Shown: piece after piece, positions 15,643 to 17,234 of the stretch
How positions within the stretch are numbered: position 1 is the stretch's first letter
Layout: every line of letters begins with the position of its first letter
Virus genome (UHGV): UHGV-0178561
Length of the DNA stretch: 17,234 nt
Origin: a virus
Strand: one strand, 5' to 3'
Notes under the pieces: model-generated
Database searches by the model: none
What the model saw: the letters and a program-made list of their open reading frames with translations, nothing else
Told to the model about the DNA's origin: nothing
Made by a program: the position numbers and the translations under genes

Positions 15643-17053
15643 TAAAGAAAAAATTGATAAGTTTATACATTCCAATTTAAATGATGATTTTGGATTAAGT
15701 GTTGATGATTTAGTAGGTAAAGTCAAAGGCATTGGTCGATTTTCAGCATGGTGTGGGAATAACTCAAGTCAAATTAAGCAAGTCTTGAATGCTGTTAAAA
15801 GCATTGGGGTTTCACCTGCATTATTTGCAGCCTATGAAAAAAATGAAGGGTATAACCCAAGTTGGGGTTGGCTCAACCATACATCACCACAGGGGAATTA
15901 TTTAAATGACGCAAAATTTGTGGCACGTAAACTTGTGTCACAATCTAGACAAGCAGGGTCGCCGAGTTGGATAGACCAAGGTAACCCCGTTGACTTTGTT
16001 CCATCAAGTGTGAAAAGTAAAGGAAATTATGATTTTTCACATAATATGAAAAACGGAAAAGTCGGTCGTGCCTATATTCCTCTTACAGCTGCCGCCACGT
16101 GGGCAGCATATTACCCCGAGGGTTTAAAAGCAAGCTATAACCGAGTTCAAAATTACGGTAATCCATTCTTAGATGCTGCCAATACGATACTTGCGTGGGG
16201 TGGAAAAATAGACGGTAAAGGAGGATCAAGTAGTGGTTCAAGTAGCTCTAGCAGTCCTAGTGGTGGTCTTGATGTTGTGGCACGTGCCTTTGAGGAATTT
16301 CTCAAAAAATTACAAGATAGTATGCAGTGGGATTTGCACTCTATTGGTACTGACAAATTTTTTTCAAATCAGATGTTCACCATTACCAAAACATACAATA
16401 ACACGTATCGACTCAATATGAATCAAAAATTACTTGATGAAATGAAAGACTTAATATCAAGAATTGATGGTGGGAGTGGAAAAGATACGGGTGCTGATGA
16501 TAGTGATGGTGACCATGGTGGTAAAGCGGGTAAATCTGTACCACCGAACGGAAAAAGTGGTAAAAAAATTGGTGGTAACTGGACATATGCAAATTTACCG
16601 AAAAAATATAAAGATGCGATGGAAGTACCTAAGTTCGACCCTAAATATTTAGCTGGAAGTCCATTTGTGAATACTGGAGACACAGGTCAATGTACAGAGT
16701 TAACATGGGCGTATATGCACCAAATATGGGGTAAAAAACAACCCGCATGGGATAATCAAGTCACCAACGGACAACGTGTTTGGGTGGTTTATCGTAACCA
16801 AGGCGCACGTATCACACACCGACCCACAGTAGGATATGGATTCAGTAGTAAACCGAATTACTTACAAGCCATGCTCCCAGGTGTGGGTCATACAGGGGTT
16901 GTTGTAGCCGTATTTAAAGATGGTTCATTTTTAACAGCTAATTATAACGTCCCGCCTTATTGGGCGCCGAGTCGTGTTGTTGAATATGCACTCATTGATG
17001 GTGTACCCGAAAATGCAGGTGATAATGTGATGTTTTTTAGTGGCGTTAAGTAA
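15635..17053 (+). CDS. Tail-associated peptidoglycan hydrolase: N-terminal lysozyme-like domain (phi29 gp13 N-domain-like), Gly/Ser-rich linkers, C-terminal CHAP peptidase
   Basis: ORF 15608..17053. The preferred start is ATG 15635 with GAGGGTG 9 nt upstream; it overlaps the holin stop (ATGAATGA). The N-domain has YEKNEGYNPSWGW (compare gp13 QSESTINPGLW). The linkers are GGSSSGSSSSSSPSGG and a Gly/Asp/Lys-rich stretch. The CHAP domain has the catalytic Cys in GDTGQCTELTWAY and the His in VGHTGVVVAV. Confidence 0.85.
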   Translation: MNDKEKIDKFIHSNLNDDFGLSVDDLVGKVKGIGRFSAWCGNNSSQIKQVLNAVKSIGVSPALFAAYEKNEGYNPSWGWLNHTSPQGNYLNDAKFVARKLVSQSRQAGSPSWIDQGNPVDFVPSSVKSKGNYDFSHNMKNGKVGRAYIPLTAAATWAAYYPEGLKASYNRVQNYGNPFLDAANTILAWGGKIDGKGGSSSGSSSSSSPSGGLDVVARAFEEFLKKLQDSMQWDLHSIGTDKFFSNQMFTITKTYNNTYRLNMNQKLLDEMKDLISRIDGGSGKDTGADDSDGDHGGKAGKSVPPNGKSGKKIGGNWTYANLPKKYKDAMEVPKFDPKYLAGSPFVNTGDTGQCTELTWAYMHQIWGKKQPAWDNQVTNGQRVWVVYRNQGARITHRPTVGYGFSSKPNYLQAMLPGVGHTGVVVAVFKDGSFLTANYNVPPYWAPSRVVEYALIDGVPENAGDNVMFFSGVK

Positions 17054-17059
17054 ATTTTA

Positions 17060-17068
17060 TGCTATAAT
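17060..17068 (+). promoter_or_regulatory. Extended -10 element TGcTATAAT immediately after the last late gene
   Basis: A perfect TATAAT with TG at -15/-14, 7 nt after the stop codon at 17053. There is no obvious -35. It is followed by an 18-bp palindrome and about 100 nt of non-coding sequence up to the terminator. Confidence 0.35.
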
Positions 17069-17075
17069 ATAGGTA

Positions 17076-17093
17076 TACTAGAATATTCTAGTA
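17076..17093. repeat. Perfect 18-bp palindrome TACTAGAATATTCTAGTA
   Basis: Self-complementary over all 18 nt and present once in the window. It starts 8 nt after the extended -10, in an operator-like position. Confidence 0.8.
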
Positions 17094-17148
17094 AATAAAC
17101 AACAAAACATAATCCGTATGGCAAACGACACTTGTCACTATACCTCGT

Positions 17149-17186
17149 AAAAAAAAGACGCTACATAAACGTAGCGTCTTTTTTTA
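17149..17186. terminator. Bidirectional rho-independent terminator at the end of the late operon
   Basis: AAAAAAAAGACGCTAC-ATAAAC-GTAGCGTCTTTTTTT is a perfect 10-bp stem with an A-tract upstream and a T-tract downstream, so it can terminate transcription on both strands. Confidence 0.8.
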
Positions 17187-17234
17187 TATCTTTATGAACC
17201 ATATATAAAATGTTAAGATCACATTTATTTTTAA

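Noticed and set aside
16200-16560. Gly/Ser-rich nucleotide stretches (GGSSSGSSSSSS and the Gly/Asp/Lys-rich stretch) that look repetitive
   Set aside because: They are in frame within the tail hydrolase ORF and encode inter-domain linkers. They are not tandem DNA repeats or a mobile element.
3637-16683. Short ORFs embedded in or antisense to the structural and early genes: 3637-3828, 4042-4272, 6785-6985, 8922-9140, 9479-9733, 9531-9782, 10781-11044, 10987-11190, 12427-12621, 12968-13162, 14059-14271, 15532-15732, 16153-16356, 16233-16421, 16423-16683 and 16464-16652
   Set aside because: Each overlaps a longer ORF that has homology motifs and a proper Shine-Dalgarno. None has its own ribosome-binding site, and their products are low-complexity, for example the Pro-rich mirror image of the Gly/Ser linker. 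They are treated as non-coding frames.
17076-17093. The 18-bp perfect palindrome as a CRISPR repeat or inverted terminal repeat
   Set aside because: It occurs once only, with no spacer-repeat periodicity. It does not match the left window end, and no inverted terminal repeat is detectable between the two window ends. A regulatory site or RNA hairpin is more plausible.
1-17234. Search for integrase, repressor or att sites, tRNA genes and CRISPR arrays
   Set aside because: None was seen. All long ORFs are accounted for by replication, packaging, structural and lysis functions, and the remaining non-coding segments are short promoter or terminator regions. This fits a strictly lytic picovirus. 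By-eye tRNA detection is unreliable, so tRNAscan could confirm absence.

Overview
This AT-rich window (about 30% GC) reads as almost the whole genome of a strictly lytic, phi29-like (Picovirinae) podophage of Staphylococcus. The host call rests on the SH3b/CHAP lysin domains and the low GC. The window has two arms.

Left arm (early genes, minus strand): a protein-primed family-B DNA polymerase that runs off the left edge of the window, a gp16-like DNA-encapsidation ATPase, and six small early ORFs of unknown function. One of these small ORFs is a membrane-anchored protein and one is a basic protein.

Right arm (late genes, plus strand): scaffold-like acidic protein, major capsid, portal, lower collar, a beta-helix tail fiber, an amidase_2-SH3b endolysin, a coiled-coil fiber protein, a gp9-like tail knob, a holin, and a tail-associated hydrolase. 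The hydrolase joins a phi29-gp13-like N-terminal lysozyme-like domain to a C-terminal CHAP domain.

The two arms are separated by a 279-bp divergent promoter region (5886-6164). The late operon ends at a bidirectional terminator near the right edge.

I found no integrase, tRNA, CRISPR or recognisable terminal-protein gene, and the genome termini themselves do not appear to be in the window.

The points worth a second look are:
- the missing terminal protein and pRNA;
- two structured non-coding regions, one inside the early operon (4827-4947) and one at the right end (extended -10 promoter, 18-bp perfect palindrome, terminator);
- the small early proteins expressed from the strongest promoters;
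- the unusual layout of the lysis genes, including a possible dual-start holin;
- a possibly separately regulated packaging-ATPase gene.
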